Source: Octopus bimaculoides (lineage: Eukaryota). Taken from it: a DNA stretch of 63,596 nt. The DNA lies in contig NC_068986.1 in the NCBI RefSeq assembly GCF_001194135.2, positions 9,526,317 through 9,589,912 of the forward strand, in the 5' to 3' direction. The notes beneath the pieces are model-generated. The model did no database searches. It was not told where the DNA came from and saw only the letters and a list, made by a program, of their open reading frames with translations. Shown piece after piece: positions 61,131 to 63,596 of the stretch. How positions within the stretch are numbered: position 1 is the stretch's first letter; every line of letters begins with the position of its first letter. Position numbers and translations under genes: made by a program.

Positions 61131-63039
61131 TATACCTAATCGATTTTATAACTAACCAGCAGTCCATAGCTACTACATTTGTTGCCATGACAACTGCACC
61201 CTCTGGTATTTTTGCTGTGCTGAAGTCATGTGGACCAGTCCTACTACCACACAGGACTGGGCTTCATAATCAACAGAGACAACCAATAATTCCAGTTGCT
61301 AAGTTTTTGCAACAACATCATTCAGTAGAGCAATGTTCACGAACATAGCATTGGTCTGTGTCTCCAATTAATTAGAAAAGTGATGATATAGATACAACAG
61401 CTGATTGGTTTGTAAAGGGATCACCTACATCTGTTGACACCAGCTTGTTTTACAAATGTTAACTGCCAATTTATGAACCTATATTCAAATCACTGCGGCA
61501 CGACAAATATAAAACAAGATAGTCACAAATGCATAAATATAATAGAATTTTTAATGTCTACATAAAACAAATAAATGTAACAGAAATTTTAAGCTTTTAG
61601 TTATGAAAGGAATAATGTGTACTACAGGCAAAAAAAGGCCAAAAATTGGAGAAAGAGGAACAGTTGATAGTATCAGCTCTAGTAGCTGATGACTGGTATT
61701 TTATTTATAGACCATGAAAGGATGAAAGCTAAGCTTGGTGGGATTTGAACTCAGAATGTAAAGAGTCTAAACAATTACTGCTCTAATGATTCTATTGATC
61801 CACCACCTTAACGAACAGAAATAATCAAACAGATGGTATGTTAGATGAAGATTGTCAAATATATAATACTAATGAAAACAATTCCAAGTCAAACTTATTA
61901 TTTTCCATTTCATTAACAATAATAACTGGAAAGTACCTTCTAGAAGTAGTAGCTAAATTTCGCTCAAATTCCACCTTACTGCATGTGTAAAGGACATTTT
62001 GGATAATATAACTTGGGCTACACAATATCTGAGAGAAGACGGGATGGTTGTGGCTAGAATGCCTTTCATTACAGGTTTGCTTGATCAAAGCTGACCTGGA
62101 GTTAAACAACAGCAACAAACACTTGACACTAAAGATAAATGAAGCATATTATAGCAATATTAGTTTATATATATATATATATATATATATNNNNNNNNNN
62201 GAGAGAGAGAGAGAGAGCAGTATGATCTGTGCACTTCAGTTATTCGGCAGTCACTGGAACAAATTTAAAGCATATGTTTGTTAACCTAGTTTTTGATAAA
62301 CACTGATCTAATCAGCGCATTCATATTACTTTACAAATAAGTTGAAAGCAAGATTAACTTGATTAACTCAGTTACAATACTCAAAGTTCTTTAAAGGTCA
62401 AATAAAGACTGAATTGTGTATAGACCTGTAAGCAGTACAAGTGTACAACAAGATGTTGTGTAAACTTTATAAACATTTCAGTTGATGTTTTAAACAATGC
62501 TGTGTCTCAGGATATGACATATGTTAATAGAAAAACAATGCCTTTTAAGGAGCTTCTAAAGTAATTTTCATTGTCTTAGTATAAAATATGCAGTCAATGA
62601 ATGTCAACTGAAAAAGGAAAAGCCTGATGAATTTGACAAAGGTAATTAATCACATATCTTTATATGATTTTCAATATCTGCAAAACATGCATCCAACAAA
62701 ATGATCATAATTATTGGTCTAATTATTAACCAAATAATAAAATATACTATGAGAAAACTGGTAAGTTTCAAATAAAATTCTTCCCTTCTAACAAAATTAC
62801 CCTGGCTAGGTAACAAGTCCAAGTAAATAAACAATTCCAAGCTTTATGTAAAACATTTTGGAATGTTCAAATTATTCCAATTGGTTTTATTGTCATTGTA
62901 TTCAAACAAAATGAAAAATCAAATCATATTAATTATTATTACTTGTTATATTGTCAAGTAATTTGTCTTGAGATTTTATGAGATCAAACTCCCTCGGTTG
63001 CAAGAAACAGTATTTATGGTTACCTCATATTTTGAGGGC

Positions 63040-63450
63040 CCACCCTGACACCTGATCACCACTATTTTTATATCTCCCAACTCCATCCTGGTCATTCTGA
63101 ACCTATTTTCTATAATGTGAGTAGCTGTGTAGCTACTCAAGAGCAAGAAACCTGTTCTGTTCTGGACCCTTCTCCCAAGCTTCAACCCCATCATAAAGTC
63201 ACCTCCTTCTCTATTGATGCCCCACTCAGTTGAAAGAAATCTTAGTCTTCCAGGCTGCATGGCAACCTCACAGGTTCTGGTGGCATGAAAAAGAGCACCC
63301 TGGACATACTGGCACTTGGAAGGGCATCCAGCCATAGAAACCATGCCTCAGTAGACAATGAAGCATGAAGCAGTCTTTAGACTTGGTGGATCCTTTCAAA
63401 CCATAAAATCCATGTCAATCCAAACCAACCAATCAATGAAACAGGGATGC
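63040..63450 (+). mobile_element. Old composite retroelement (body plus RTE-type tail)
   Basis: ctcaagagcaagaaacctg ... gcatggcaacctcac ... gaagggcatccagccatagaaacc. Confidence 0.5.
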
Positions 63451-63561
63451 TAAATGAGGACAATGATTGATTGATACGCACACACTCATATTTTGAGTTC
63501 TATTTTTCCTGTTTTCACCAACATATCTGTATATGTATGTATATGTATGTATGTTTGTATG

Positions 63562-63596
<35 letters not shown>

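Noticed and set aside
61140-61460. Complex non-repeat stretch with 50-60 codon open frames on both strands
   Set aside because: No consistent splice-site pair or recognisable motif; left unassigned.

Overview
AT-rich, repeat-dense eukaryotic genomic DNA with about 10 N-gaps. The SINE/RTE families, microsatellite density and draft-assembly style suggest an octopus (possibly Octopus bimaculoides); this is an inference, not a database match. Most of the window is intron-like. One gene is clear: an ABRA/STARS (Costars-domain) coding exon at 17624-18070 (+). It has phase-compatible candidate upstream exons (91-100, 5967-6015) and a candidate spliced 3'UTR exon (18527-18770) that is also duplicated upstream (16138-16350). 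A second set of + strand exons (37792-37877, 46453-46609) joins into a QxW/ricin-type beta-trefoil-like peptide. The rest is retroelement debris (RTE, RTE-BovB, R4/Dong, CR1, Tx1), four SINE families, DNA-transposon relics and MITEs (mariner, DD37D, piggyBac-like, one Merlin-like element with an 8-bp TSD) and tandem repeats. The most unusual observation is a tRNA-headed SINE carrying a minimal type I hammerhead-ribozyme motif, present as a head-to-head pair at 38273-39400, with one arm split by a Tx1 LINE fragment. No CRISPR arrays, rRNA or genuine tRNA genes were seen. Repeat boundaries were read by eye and are approximate.
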